Below are positions 29,164 through 42,549 of a DNA stretch of 64,000 bases, piece after piece. Made by a program: the position numbers and the translations under genes. The stretch lies in contig OZ024740.1 of assembly GCA_964016885.1 (NCBI GenBank), positions 162,502,001-162,566,000 on the forward strand, read 5' to 3'. The DNA is from Eledone cirrhosa. Its lineage: Eukaryota. Each line of letters begins with the position of its first letter. Positions within the stretch are counted from its first letter, which is position 1. A model generated the notes under the pieces. The model searched no databases. It worked only from the letters and a program-made list of their open reading frames with translations, and was not told the origin of the DNA.

Positions 29164-31377
29164 GGGAGATTATATATAATGCTTTCTTATATAGGCACAA
29201 GGCCAACAATTTTGGGGGAGGGGAAAGTCAATTAAATCGACCCAGTGCGTAACTGGTACTTTATTTTATCGACCTTGTAAGGATGAAAGGCAAAGTTGAA
29301 CCCAGATCATAAAGGGCCGTAACTTTGTGCTGCCAATCCATGAAAGCTATACCCTTTTTCACAAGAGATGTCATCTCTCATCCACCCCAAAGTGGGTGGG
29401 AGATCTCCCCGTCGGACGAAGAGAGTTGAGGGGTCTGTTCTTGTATCTACTTAAATTTCTCAATCCAATTGCATATTTAGGATATTTCTTTCTTTTGATT
29501 ATAAATGAGAAGGCTAAAAGTAATCGTAGATGGATTTGAATTCATGTCTGCGGACAAAACTGAATACTGTAAAGTAAAACAGTCAAATTCGAGGTAGTCT
29601 GCATAGTTCAAACATGCTTATTCCACTGTGTGAACAAAGTGTTATAATTACAAAATTTTATACTGCAAGGAAGAAGAGAAGTTTAACACCCTCCGCCGAA
29701 TAAATAAACATTTCACCTCTCTCAAACAAATGGTTTTAAGTGACTATTAAATCCAATTCACAAATTCGGCACCCAGTAGATTAATATATTTGCTACGACA
29801 CTGTCAGCGTACCAGGTTTTGAGAATTCATGTGAGTATAAGCGCCCAAACTTCCTGATTAGCCTCGATTGTGACGCCTATTAGACATTTATAGACGCCAT
29901 AGTTGCGGTTGACCAGTAGGTTTTGGCTTTTATACTAAGACATTTAATAGAGGAGGCCTGAGGCCTAGTGGTGTAGGTCACGAAGTGCAAATGTTTGTCT
30001 GGCTATTCAAGAGACACGATAAACTTTGCTCTGATGCAAGAAAAGATAGTGAGTAGCCAAAACAACAAAGCCAACGAGGGAACCTTTACGTGGTCCCTTG
30101 ATCTGCTTCAAATAATAGCCAAGTCTTCTTCAAATCAACCTGTTCTCTCTTTAAAAAAAACAAAAAAACGACACATTGGATAACTTAGTCCTCGATATAT
30201 ACTGTCTGAATAAAAGATTCTCTGCTCACAACCGGAACACTTTTTATCTTAGATTTAGTTAATCAGTTAACATTAGACCCATTTATATAAAAGATATTTG
30301 TTGTAACTATTTAAGCCAATGTCAGAGTTGATCCAGGAGATGTGTAATCAAAGTCATTCTGTCTCCTACCATATAGTCTTTCTTCTTTTTTATTTCTCTC
30401 AGCAATATATCTAAAACTATGTTATACGATAAGAATTAGCGATTTTTTAGATGTATTGCATGTGGCTTGAGATAAATTTGGCTGCTATTTCTAGTAGATT
30501 CAGCAACTTTATAGAAGCTCCTCGAGTTAGGTTTTGTTTCATCGACGTCTGTGTAATGAAAGAAAAGACAACCCTGGCATCATCTAGACTCGAGCCAGGC
30601 ACACATATATGCCTGCATGGGGCCACTTGAAAATCTCATCTATATATAAGATCATCCTTACGGGGTCGATAAAATAAAGTACCAGTAATGTACTGGGTAA
30701 TTGCTGGCCTTGTGCCAAAAGTAGAAACAATTATTTATGGAAGCAAAAAACATTAATTTGGAGATCTTTAAACATCGTGGAGTCCCTGGTTACACCCAAG
30801 TCAGCTCCCAACCCATTAATCTAAAAGAGAGAGAGAGAGAGAGAAAGAGAAAGAGAATGACTGAATATCTGAGATGTGTTTATACACTATGTTAAATTTC
30901 TATCAGCGAATATTGCCGATGAAAGGAATCTATGTTCGAGAGAGATGAAAAAATAAAAAAAATATAAAAGAGCTAAAGAAAAACATAAGCTTCTACTTTC
31001 CATATATCAAGGAGCATTGGACATAAAAATAATAAAGCTGTTACAATGAGAGATATGGCGATAAGAGCCGAGATAAATATCACCTGCTATCAATAGGTTA
31101 TCACCTTAGATTGTAGTTTACTTCATTCGGTCATCTGAACGAAAGGTTTGTATCGTACTGATCAGCGAAGCAAAAAGATTTTTGAAACATAAATCTAATA
31201 CATTTTACATGAAGCCAGATGATCTTCTGACTCGAGCTACTTTATACTAAGAAGAACAACAACAACAGTTGCTACATTGAAATATTATTCAAATGTGCGT
31301 ATATGTATATATATATATATATATCCTGGTATTATATATATATATATATATACGTATATATATATATATATATATAC

Positions 31378-31492
<115 letters not shown>

Positions 31493-31601
31493 CATATATA
31501 TACATATATGTGTGTGCATGCGAGCGCACGTGTGTATCTATATATACACCTACACACACATATATATAATATATATATTATACTCTGTGTGTGTATGTAT
31601 G

Positions 31602-31632
<31 letters not shown>

Positions 31633-31694
31633 TGCAAAAAGTAAACAGAAATAACAAAGCAAACAACACAGTACAATGAAGAAATATTTTAGTT

Positions 31695-32600
31695 TAGCGC
31701 TTGATGATGGCTTTAGGAGAGGGCTCCACCACTGATGTTATATACTTTGACTTCAGCAGGGCCTTTGCCAGAGTTCATCACAACATCCTGTTGGAGAAAC
31801 TATCCTGGATTGGAATCTGTGAGAAGCTGCTACAGTGGATTAAGTGCTTCCTGGTAAACAGAACCCAGCATGTTATGGCTGGAGGAATACGATCAAGCTC
31901 AACAAATGTCATTAGTGGCATCCCACAAGTCATTGTGTTAGGCCCACTTATTATTATTTCTGTACAGTAAAATTAGAATCTTTGGAGATGATTCCAAGTC
32001 CCAGGAGGTCATCAACGGAGTGTGGTACCGAGCATACAATCAATCGTATCTGCTCGCTATTATCCAATGGATACAATATGCTATAAAACGGGGATAAATT
32101 TGAGTTTATCCATATTCTCTACCCTCAGGCGCCATCGTTATGGCATCCATCAGCTCCCGAGAGCTTGGAGTAATTGTCGATAACATTTAAGCTGGAGTAC
32201 CCTCATAAACAGCGAAGTTGACATGACCCGCAGAATGTGTTCCTAGATCCTTTGAACTTTACAGTTTAGAGATATTCACGCCAATATCTTTCTCTTCTCT
32301 ACCATTGCCAGGTTTCGCCCTGAATACTGTTTCCCACTGTGGTGCCCTCACACAAAAAGAGCTATGAAAATTGAAGCTCGCCAGAGGTCAATTACAAAAC
32401 AGAGAGCCGACAAGACAAACTTTGACTATTGAAGTCGACTAAAAAAGTTGAAATTATAATCTCACCAATGTCGATATAAGCGCTACATCATTTGTATAAT
32501 GTGGAAAAATATTCCATCAACATTGCCCAAATGATGATGGCATCAACTTTCGAAACCACCTAAGGGTTGGTCACCATGCTATTCGCCTTCACATCTCATT
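31695..32600 (+). pseudogene. Decayed CR1/L2-group LINE reverse transcriptase fragment
   Basis: DVIYFDFSRAFARVHH..LL.KL..GI...LLQWI..FL.NRTQ.V....SGIPQ..VLGPL; downstream sequence degraded, right boundary approximate. Confidence 0.82.
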
Positions 32601-32944
32601 ACAAAATTATGTGAAAATGGTACGTTATTAACTGATTCCGTGGATGTTCCAGTTTAATTAGAAACAACCACCAAGTATTAAGAAAAATGACATTTTAAAT
32701 GCTTTATTTCTAAATTTTATATATATGCATATAATATACAGTACTTAATTACATATATGTATGATGGTCCCGTTATTTCGGGGGGGGGGGGGGGGCGTCG
32801 GAGCGTCGTATTGACAAACAACATTCCTAAGGCGTCTTTAAACCTGGCAGATTCAATCCCCTCTTCAGGTCTGAATACAGCAGATTTCTTCCAGAGAAAT
32901 ATAAAAAGGGAAGGAATTGAAGTGAGAAAGAGATATAGAGGAAG

Positions 32945-33100
32945 AATCGACCCTAGTACCAAAATGGTACTTTATTTATCGAGTGGGAATGGATGAAAGG
33001 CAAAGTTGACCGCGGCGGGATTTGAACTCAGTGAGCAGAGAGTCGGAACGAATGTCGCAAAGCATTCTATCCGACGTTGTAAAGACTCAACCAATTCGCC
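32945..33100 (-). mobile_element. Diverged tRNA-derived SINE
   Basis: GGATGAAAGGCAAAGTTGACC..GGCGGGATTTGAACTCAG core of the main family. Confidence 0.75.
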
Positions 33101-33399
33101 GCGGAATTACATATATACAACGCAACAAAATAATTCAAATTAATTTAACAAATGACACTACCAAAATTCACCTGGCTATATTATTATTTTATGTATTTAA
33201 AATCGAATTTCACAATTGATTATTGATGATAGCGGTTTCAAGACAAGAATCAATTGCTAATTAGGCGATGAAACATATGTTAATGCTTAGAATAAAATCC
33301 TATCATATCGCTTATCGATGTTAATCATCTTTTTACTTATATATATATATACACCTCTATTCTTTTAACTATATATATATATAAGTCTGAAGTCTATCT

Positions 33400-33657
33400 T
33401 AAGCCAGAAGGCTCATTTGGCCGGCCTTATCCTGGTTTCATGACGTGAAGCCACTGAGAGTATAAATCCCCCCCCCCCCCCTGGACAGGATGCCAGTCCA
33501 TCGTAGGATTAACACCCCAGCTATTGCTGGTACTCATTTTCAGCTGAGTATACTGGAGCAACGTGAAATGAAGAGTTTTGCTCAAGAACACAACACGCAA
33601 TCCAGGAATGGAACCCACGACATTATGATTGTAAGTTCAACATCCTTACATGCTTCC

Positions 33658-33660
<3 letters not shown>
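33400..33660 (-). mobile_element. SINE of the second family with a different tail
   Basis: Reverse strand GGTTCCATTCCTGG B-box-like motif, then TTGTGTTCTTGAGCAAAACTCTTCATTTCACGTTGCTCCAG. Confidence 0.7.
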
Positions 33661-33691
<31 letters not shown>

Positions 33692-34121
33692 ATTGTAAGT
33701 TTGAAGAACAGTCAGATAAAATATATCCAATTTTTCTTCTCCTTAGTCCGTAGAAATCAACTAGATAAATAATCATTTAAACAGAGCTAAGTTTAAAATG
33801 TAACTTCGAAGAAATAACAGACAAATGACACAGACTATCCTCCGCAAGGAACAGCCAGATAAAATGTACCTAGTCTTTCTTCTTAGTCCTTAGAAATTAA
33901 CTAGACAAATAATCAATTAAACGGAGCTAAGTCTAAAATGTAAGATTGAAGAAAAAATGTATATAAACTTTACCAAAATTCTTCTAGTCCCGACTATCGA
34001 TAGTTTCGCTCGTACGTTGTGGATATATATATATATGAATGTATATATAGTGTATTTTGCAATACACTGTATGCTTAATTGAAAGCATTTTGAGGACCAT
34101 ACGCTATTGTTTTAAAATAGT

Positions 34122-34298
34122 TGTTTCTACTTTTGGCACAAGGCCAGTAATTACCTCAGTGCATTACTGGTACTTTATTTTATCGACCCCGTAAGGATGA
34201 AAGGCAAAGTTAACCTCGGCGGGATTTGAACTCAGAATGGCAAGGGCCGTAACTCTATGCGTCAAAGCATGGCGTTCGACCCTCTACTGATACTGCGA
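34122..34298 (-). mobile_element. tRNA-derived SINE with TSD AAAATAGT
   Basis: TSD at 34114-34121 and 34299-34306; absent from the opposite arm. Confidence 0.9.
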
Positions 34299-34345
34299 AA
34301 AATAGTGACAATGTCACTTATTTAAATTTTCAGCAAACAGGGGAG

Positions 34346-34396
34346 ATAAACTGACAGAGCTCTGTTTCGTACTTTTTGGTACTTATCAAAGCTCAC
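34346..34396 (-). ncRNA. Hammerhead ribozyme, U3-A8 core variant
   Basis: GUGAGCU-UUGAUAA-GUAC-CAAAAA-GUAC-GAAA-CAGAGCUCUG-UC-AGUUUAU. Confidence 0.75.
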
Positions 34397-34544
34397 TACT
34401 CCTCCTGTTTGATGAAAATTATGTGTGTTGGATTCTTATAGAATTCCAGTAATAATCAGGAACTGATTATACAGAGCGGTCGCCGGTCCAGCAGAAATTC
34501 TATAAGAATCCAACACACATAATTTTCAGCAAACAGGAGTAGTA

Positions 34545-34595
34545 GTGAGTTTTGATAAGTACCAAAAAGTACGAAACAGAGCTCTGTCAGTTTAT
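34545..34595 (+). ncRNA. Hammerhead ribozyme, U3-A8 core variant, second arm
   Basis: GUGAGUU-UUGAUAA-GUAC-CAAAAA-GUAC-GAAA-CAGAGCUCUG-UC-AGUUUAU. Confidence 0.72.
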
Positions 34596-35019
34596 CTCCC
34601 CTGTTTGCTGAAAATTTAAATAAGTGACATTGTGACTATTTTAAAACAATAGCGTATCGTCCTCAAAATGCTTACAGTGTATTGCAAAATGCACTATATA
34701 TACATTCATATATATATATATCGCTATTTCAGAGCACCAATTCTAATATAATGTATATATGCGCACGCACGTGCGTGTGTTGTGTGTGTTTTTATGTATG
34801 TGTGTGTGCGTGCATTTATGTATATGTGTGTAACATAGAAAAATAGTTAATTTCTATAAAGGCAAGTGCTTTCCGTCATATATTTACACGCACTATTTTC
34901 GTCTATATACATAGATACTTAATCCCTTAGGTGTATATATATTTCTTGTACGGTGATATACATTCATACATTCATACATGCAGAATACATACATAGGCAC
35001 ACATACACACACACACACG

Positions 35020-35106
<87 letters not shown>

Positions 35107-35139
35107 ACACATATATATATATATGTGTATGTATGTATG

Positions 35140-35176
<37 letters not shown>

Positions 35177-35296
35177 GTGTGTATATATATAAATATATAT
35201 ATACATATATGTGTCTATATGTATGTTATATATGTGTGTGTGTATATGTATATTATATAAATGTATATATATATATACATTTATTTATATTTATAT

Positions 35297-35387
<91 letters not shown>

Positions 35388-35613
35388 ATGAGTGTGTTTG
35401 TGTGTATGAGTATGTATGTGTGTGAGACTGTGTGTGTATGTATGCATGTAAAACTGAGTATATTCGTGTTTCTTTATCACTTCATCTTGGTCATGTTCGC
35501 AGCCAAGTCTCACATTTTAATCACAAAATCTATGTTTTCCGTAATATAGTCTTAACTATTCATCAGAGAAATGTTGTTAATGGGTTGCAAAAATGTATTT
35601 GTATGTGTGTATG

Positions 35614-35660
<47 letters not shown>

Positions 35661-36726
35661 CTGCTCACACACATACACACATATAAGGACATTTGTAAGC
35701 AAACCTCCGTATTGTCGATTGGGCTGAAATTCTCAGGAAATGTTGAAAATCTCGAACGCAGAAAATATTGTGAACACAGTCCAGGCTATAAATAACGTAC
35801 AAAATTCGGGTAAAATACCCCCAATAGAGATAAAAGGTGGCCAGAAGCTGCTACGGAGAATCGAACTCTTAATAATTGTTTCTACTTTTGGCACAAGGCC
35901 AGGAATTATCTGCCACTCCACCAACTCTTAATAATAATATTCGATTTGTAATTTGCATTCCGAGTGATTTTATAACTGGCTTTGCCCAAAATTAAAAACA
36001 AAATTAGTATTTTGATTTTCTCTCTAACATAGCGGATACAGAAATGGATTCGTGAGTTTTATATCGAATAATGATAATATATAAATTATTTTAGGATGGT
36101 GGATTGACGGAATCGTTGGGGAAAAAATGACTTGAGGTATTTGTGTTCCAGTCCTTTACGTTCTGAGTTCAAATTCAGCCCAAATCAACTTTGCGTTTTA
36201 CCCTTTCTATCCGGTCTGAAGACAACTTCTTAGTGTGGTTTCTTTCTTCCTATAATCCACCAGTCTCGGAAGATTCATCTATCTAGCAGTACACACAAAA
36301 TATTTTTAGTATAGTGTTAAGCATAGACCAGCAGTTTGGTGATTCACAGAAAATGACTTGGTGAAGAATAAATTCATCATTCTTGTTGTCACCAATGCTT
36401 GCACAGTTTATTCTAAAGTCTTGTTGTTTAACACGGAATTAGCTCTGACTGAGCAGATCTCTGATTGGGGTTATTCCAGCCATGACCATCCCGTCTCTTT
36501 CATGTTTGCTAAATAGGGTTACATATAGTAGATTACGTTACTTTAGGGCTGCATACACTATTATTATTTTTGTAATTAATAATTCCTCTTACTTGCTACA
36601 TTAAAATCTTAATTTTCAATGGTAAAGATTCTATTGAATATCATATTAAATTATCAAGGAATGAAATTACAATCATATTGAACATATTTATTTCTTTTTT
36701 ATTATATTTGTCTGAAAAAAAAAATG

Positions 36727-36783
<57 letters not shown>

Positions 36784-36817
36784 AGATTTGAATGGATACA
36801 GTTTAGTTGAAAGGAAT

Positions 36818-36934
36818 TTATTGACACGTGTTTCTATAACAGTTACATAACCTAAAACAGCTATCTACAAACTTTTAGTTATGCAGACATTCAATATTTC
36901 AATGTTATTATTTACTGTCATTTCATCAGAATAA
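36818..36934 (-). ncRNA. Hammerhead ribozyme with long branched stem II
   Basis: UUAUU-CUGAUGA-AAUGACAGU..(about 70 nt)..ACUGUUAUA-GAAA-CACGUG-UC-AAUAA. Confidence 0.75.
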
Positions 36935-37514
36935 TATTACTGAGGACCTATTTAGTTTTTATAGAGAATATTAGGAAGGAGGGGTGAAGTTGTTAGAAGA
37001 ATAGTTGAAGGAGTGGTTTTTCGATAGCAGTGAGAATTCTTGGTGGCAGTGAGTAATTAGATTCCCATCTGTTGTTTTGACATTTTTTATAGAATATATT
37101 ATTGGTTATTTTTCTAAATCTATAGAAGGATTAGAGATAGTAAAGATATGCGTGGTTGGTTTTGTGTTTGCACTTAACATTCAGACTTAAATTTTTCTTT
37201 CAAGTGTACGTATTCTTTCACCCACGCATTCACACACAAATATATTTGCACACCTCTACAAAATACATATACTCACAATTCACATATTCATACTTACATA
37301 TATATACACATGCATACACATATATATACACACATGTATTCATGTACATACATACGCGCTCATGTGTATACATTTTCATACTCAACTTATCTTTATATAT
37401 ACACACGTATAGACACACACATATATACATACATACTCTAGTCCATGTGTACACACATACACATACATACACATCCATATACACATACATACATACACAT
37501 ATATATATACATAT

Positions 37515-37573
<59 letters not shown>

Positions 37574-38183
37574 CACATATATACATACACACACATATAT
37601 ATATATATATATATAAGCACTTTAATACATGAATACACTTACATCTAACTATACACATCAAACATATATATATATTTACTTATTTATATACATTTTCACA
37701 TATATATACATACTTATGGACGTTTTTAGACACATTCATTATCGCATATTTGTACTTATTCTCATCAGCATATCTTTTCATTATTAGTATGGTAATTTAA
37801 GGTTATTAATATATGTTGAGAAGAGATTGTTTTTATATTTTTCTAACTAGATTAAGGTTTATATAGTTGGGGGATGTCCCTCTTTTATGTAATATTCAGC
37901 TTGTAGTGGGAAAAAAGGGTTTTAGTTCTGTGACGGCATATATATATATATATATCGGTCGCTGTCTTCAATTTGCAAAGCTGTCTAAACGTAATGTTAT
38001 AACTCTAGGGTTATATACCCTGTCGAGTGCTTAGCTGCACACTGAAACTGCATTCGTTAGCTTGGCTGCAACCATGGCTTCGTTGATGCTGTACTAAATT
38101 TTACATATATATATATATCAAGAGCGTGAAACTAATAAACCTTTGTTCGTACTGCCTCTCTGTTTTGTTCCCGTTCAATTTTT

Positions 38184-38276
<93 letters not shown>

Positions 38277-38370
38277 TATGTATGTATATATATGAGAAAC
38301 ATGTCTTCATATATTTTCCCCTTTGTTATTTGATAGAACGTTTTCATCTTATAGCTTTAGTAGTTGATCG

Positions 38371-39008
38371 TTAAACTTTGGCAGCTCCCTGATCATCTAA
38401 TGGATAATAATTGTCTTTCATTTCTATACAATTTTCTTTCATTGAAATAGTTTTGTTTAGCTTGTACTGTCGCATAATTCTTGACACCTCTTCAAAAGGA
38501 GGTAGAAAAATAACTATGATAGCCATTACAATAACCCAAAGTTGCGTGAAACTTACCCAGATTTTAAACTGGGTTTCACTCATCACCGAAAAGCTAGCCA
38601 TAATACCCGGGATAATTACTGAAAAAAGAAAAATACAGGTAGTTCCACCAATATATGCTGTTAATTTGGCAGATCGGAAAGCTTGGTTCATTTGTTGAGA
38701 TGTCGGTCTTTCGTCATATTCCATACCAGCAAGTTCTTCTCGGTAGTTTTGTTCCCAAGGATTCAAAGGATTATCAATGTTAAACAACTTCTGCCATTCC
38801 TGCTCTTTGGCCTCTGCAGATACTATCTGGTGTGTCATTAATGATGTTACAACACAAAAGAACAAGCTGACGCCAAAACTGGTTATTGTGCCAGCCAACA
38901 AAACATTGTCTTGGACTGTGTTAATCAAGAAATTTCCAAGACCTCCTGGATAAGTAGAAGCCACTCCTAACGTGACGATGATTCCACATATTAACCCCAG
39001 AATGCATC
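38371..39008 (-). CDS. Terminal coding exon of a DUR3-like urea-proton symporter (sodium:solute symporter, SLC5 family)
   Basis: Acceptor TTTTTTTTCTAATTCCAG at about 39026-39009, phase 1; open frame GCILGLICGIIVTLGVASTYPGGL..FL.NT..LAG..TS.G..IDNPLNPW..II.LPPFEE to TAA; several TM helices. Family assignment is from my recollection of invertebrate DUR3 C-termini; upstream exons not identified. Confidence 0.8.
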
Positions 39009-39224
39009 CTGGAATTAGAAAAAAAAAGAACTTAAATTAAAGCACAAAATTTAATGCATGTTATATGTAAAGTGGGTAACCGTAGACAAAGTTTGTGAAT
39101 ATTATTTTTAAACAATGTAAAACTTAAGCACAGCATAGAGTGCTATTGTTATTTATATATTTTATCCACGTAACACACACATACACACACACGTACGTAT
39201 GTATGCATGTATGTACATTGTATA

Positions 39225-40110
39225 TACATACATTTCAGAAATTTAACAGCTTGCGAGTACTTGTATCCATTTCGCTCAGCTTTTGCAATGACCAGTTCAG
39301 CAGGCCAAATGTTGGCGTTAGGATGAGCACAGCAAAAGTATTATGGGCAATGTGCTTGTTGTACGCTGAGAGTTCTGATGATCATATTCTCTTTACCCTC
39401 CTGAGGTATTCATTCCTGTTCTCTTCTAATTTATGGGTCCATCATATCTGATATTCCTATCCTGTCCACGATAATTGCCACCTGGTTATAGAAGTGTTAT
39501 CGTCAAGCCGTTCATTTTTAGGTTTTCAGAGGAGGGCACAACTTTTCCACGTTTTATTGTAAAAAATACACACTTCTACTCACAAAATTTCATTCCAATG
39601 TCTGTATAAATTTAGGTTGGGTAATGAAGTCCAATTGTTTTTATGTGGTTGATATTTGGCAATACAATTTCAGGTCATCGACAAAGAAAAGATGGGAGAT
39701 ACTTCTGAATCCATTTCTATCGCCACTATATTTTGCTAGTAGGTATGATAGTGGGTTTAATGAAAGGACGAAGAGCAACACTGACAAGCTACCAGCATGA
39801 AATATGCCTTTTCGATAGTAAATATTATCATACTAAATTTGCTTCTTATCCATAAGGAGCAAAGTGGTGTACCAAGTCTTGATCAGACGTTCAGTAGCTG
39901 CTACTAGTGGTTATAGGACTTTGGCTAACTGTACAGCCTTGATAATCCACCCATGTGGTATATTATTAAAAGCCTTCTGGTAGCCCAGTCACATTACAGG
40001 CAAGTTACTATTTTTTTTTCTTGCATCATTTTGTTAATTAGTAGCTGCTCTACAGCTCCAGACCTCCTCCTTCTCTCCAGCCAACTCAGGTGTTATAATG
40101 TTGTTAGTGG
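39225..40110 (-). pseudogene. Decayed R4/Dong-like non-LTR reverse transcriptase
   Basis: Reverse-strand fragments EQLLINKM, QKAFNNIPHGWIIKAVQLAKV, ISHLFFVDDLKLY, DIGMKF, with stops and frameshifts. Confidence 0.78.
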
Positions 40111-40357
40111 CACAATAATTCATATGTGTTGCATGAACATGATTGGCAGTAGCCGAAAAAGGCTTAAAAAAAATTATTTAGTTATTTTTATTTATTACCG
40201 CTGCATATGCATAGCAGAACTGAAAAAATTATGATCGTGTCACACATGTTTGAGGTAAGCGTCAAGTGATGGCAAATCTCGAAATCGAAATGCAGTATGT
40301 ACATGTGTATGTACCGAAATGTATGTATGTATGTATGTATGTATGTGTGTATGTATT

Positions 40358-41074
<717 letters not shown>

Positions 41075-41401
41075 AAAAATTGAACGGGAACAAAACAGAG
41101 AGGCAGTACGAACAAAGGTTTATTAGTTTCACGCTCTTGAGAGTGGGGTGGTGGTATATATATATATTATATATATATATACATTGGCAGATTGGGTCTA
41201 AAATATTGGTTGCCAAGAGATGAAGGGGGCCCACCTACATATAGAATGCTATAATTTAATTTTTATAATGAATGAATAACATTTTTAAAAAATACATAAG
41301 TTGAAACAAAACAGTGCAATCAAATTTTTGCGGGAAAATATCTTACCTTCTCCAATAAAAATATGATGTATTTTCGAAATCAGAGACTTTCAATAATGTC
41401 C

Positions 41402-41846
41402 AGAAGTCGACCCTAAATATTACTAATAGCTCGAGGAAAGCCATGAACGACACCACATCTTTTTAACTTTGATTTTGAAAGTAGGTTTATAATTATCAAT
41501 TTTCATTATGCGTCTCGGTGGCCTAGTTGGAGGAATCATAGACGGTGGTGATCCTGGTCTGAAGTTCGATCCTGGTCGAGAGTATGGTTCCCGGTAAACC
41601 TTATCAGTTTTTTCTATTGGTTGTAAAATAAAAACTGAAAAAGTTTACATGTACCTCTTGACCAGGATTGAACCCAAGAGCGGGATCTACACCGTCTCTA
41701 GTAACTACCGCTAGGCCACAGAGATAACTACGAAAATCTCATGAAAATTGATACTTATAAACCTACTTTCAAAATTTTCAATAAAAATGTTGTGGTGTCC
41801 TTCATGTCTTTCTTAATGTTATTGTTCCTACTTAAAGTCGACTTCT
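41402..41846. mobile_element. Palindromic MITE-like element with two convergent tRNA-like segments
   Basis: Ends AGAAGTCGAC/GTCGACTTCT; inner TTTTGAAAGTAGGTTTATAA inverted pair; A/B boxes at 41512-41583 (+) and 41652-41725 (-). Confidence 0.72.
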
Positions 41847-42378
41847 AAATCATTTGGGTGTTCCATAAACTATATCCTCGTTTTGTTTCTGATCTATCTA
41901 GACTATATTTTAATCTGTATTCCATGTCTCATTTCTGTTCCACCTCATTTCTCCCCTCCTCACCTCCCTCTCTCTGTCTATCTCTCTCTCTCCCCCTCTC
42001 TCTCTTTCTCTCTCTTTCTCTCTGTGATATTTGAATCTACTATCATTTGGGCTTACCTTATTCCTATATATATGTTTTTTCATGTCAGTTAGATTCAAAC
42101 TTACAATGATTGCCATTATATATAGATATAGATATATAGTGGCGGACTAGGTCTAAAAATATTGGTTGCCAGATGAAGGAGGCCCACCTACATTTAGAAT
42201 GCTATCATTTAATTTTTATAATGAATAAATAACATTTTCAAAAAATACATAGGTGGAAACAAAACAGTGCAATCAAATTTTTGCGGAAAAATATCTTACC
42301 TTCTCCAATAAAAATATGATGTATTTTGCGAAATCCAGAGACTTTCAATAATGACCTTTGGTCTTTAACACTCACTCA

Positions 42379-42427
<49 letters not shown>

Positions 42428-42511
42428 CACCACCTTCACCTCTAATTGATTTGACAGATGTCTTTAACACATTGATACCAAATATTATTTGGTCAGTAGT
42501 TCGTGTGTCAG

Positions 42512-42545
<34 letters not shown>

Positions 42546-42549
<4 letters not shown>

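Larger units (their letters stand above)
34022..34720. mobile_element. Fold-back element with variant HHR in both arms; left arm interrupted by a SINE
   Basis: About 34300-34445 is the reverse complement of about 34496-34642; homology resumes at 34022-34120 versus 34636-34720. Confidence 0.88.

Noticed and set aside
41341-41400. AG/GTAAGA donor-like site as an upstream transporter exon
   Set aside because: Lies in a ~220-bp repeat duplicated at about 42135-42355 and its translation is not transporter-like.
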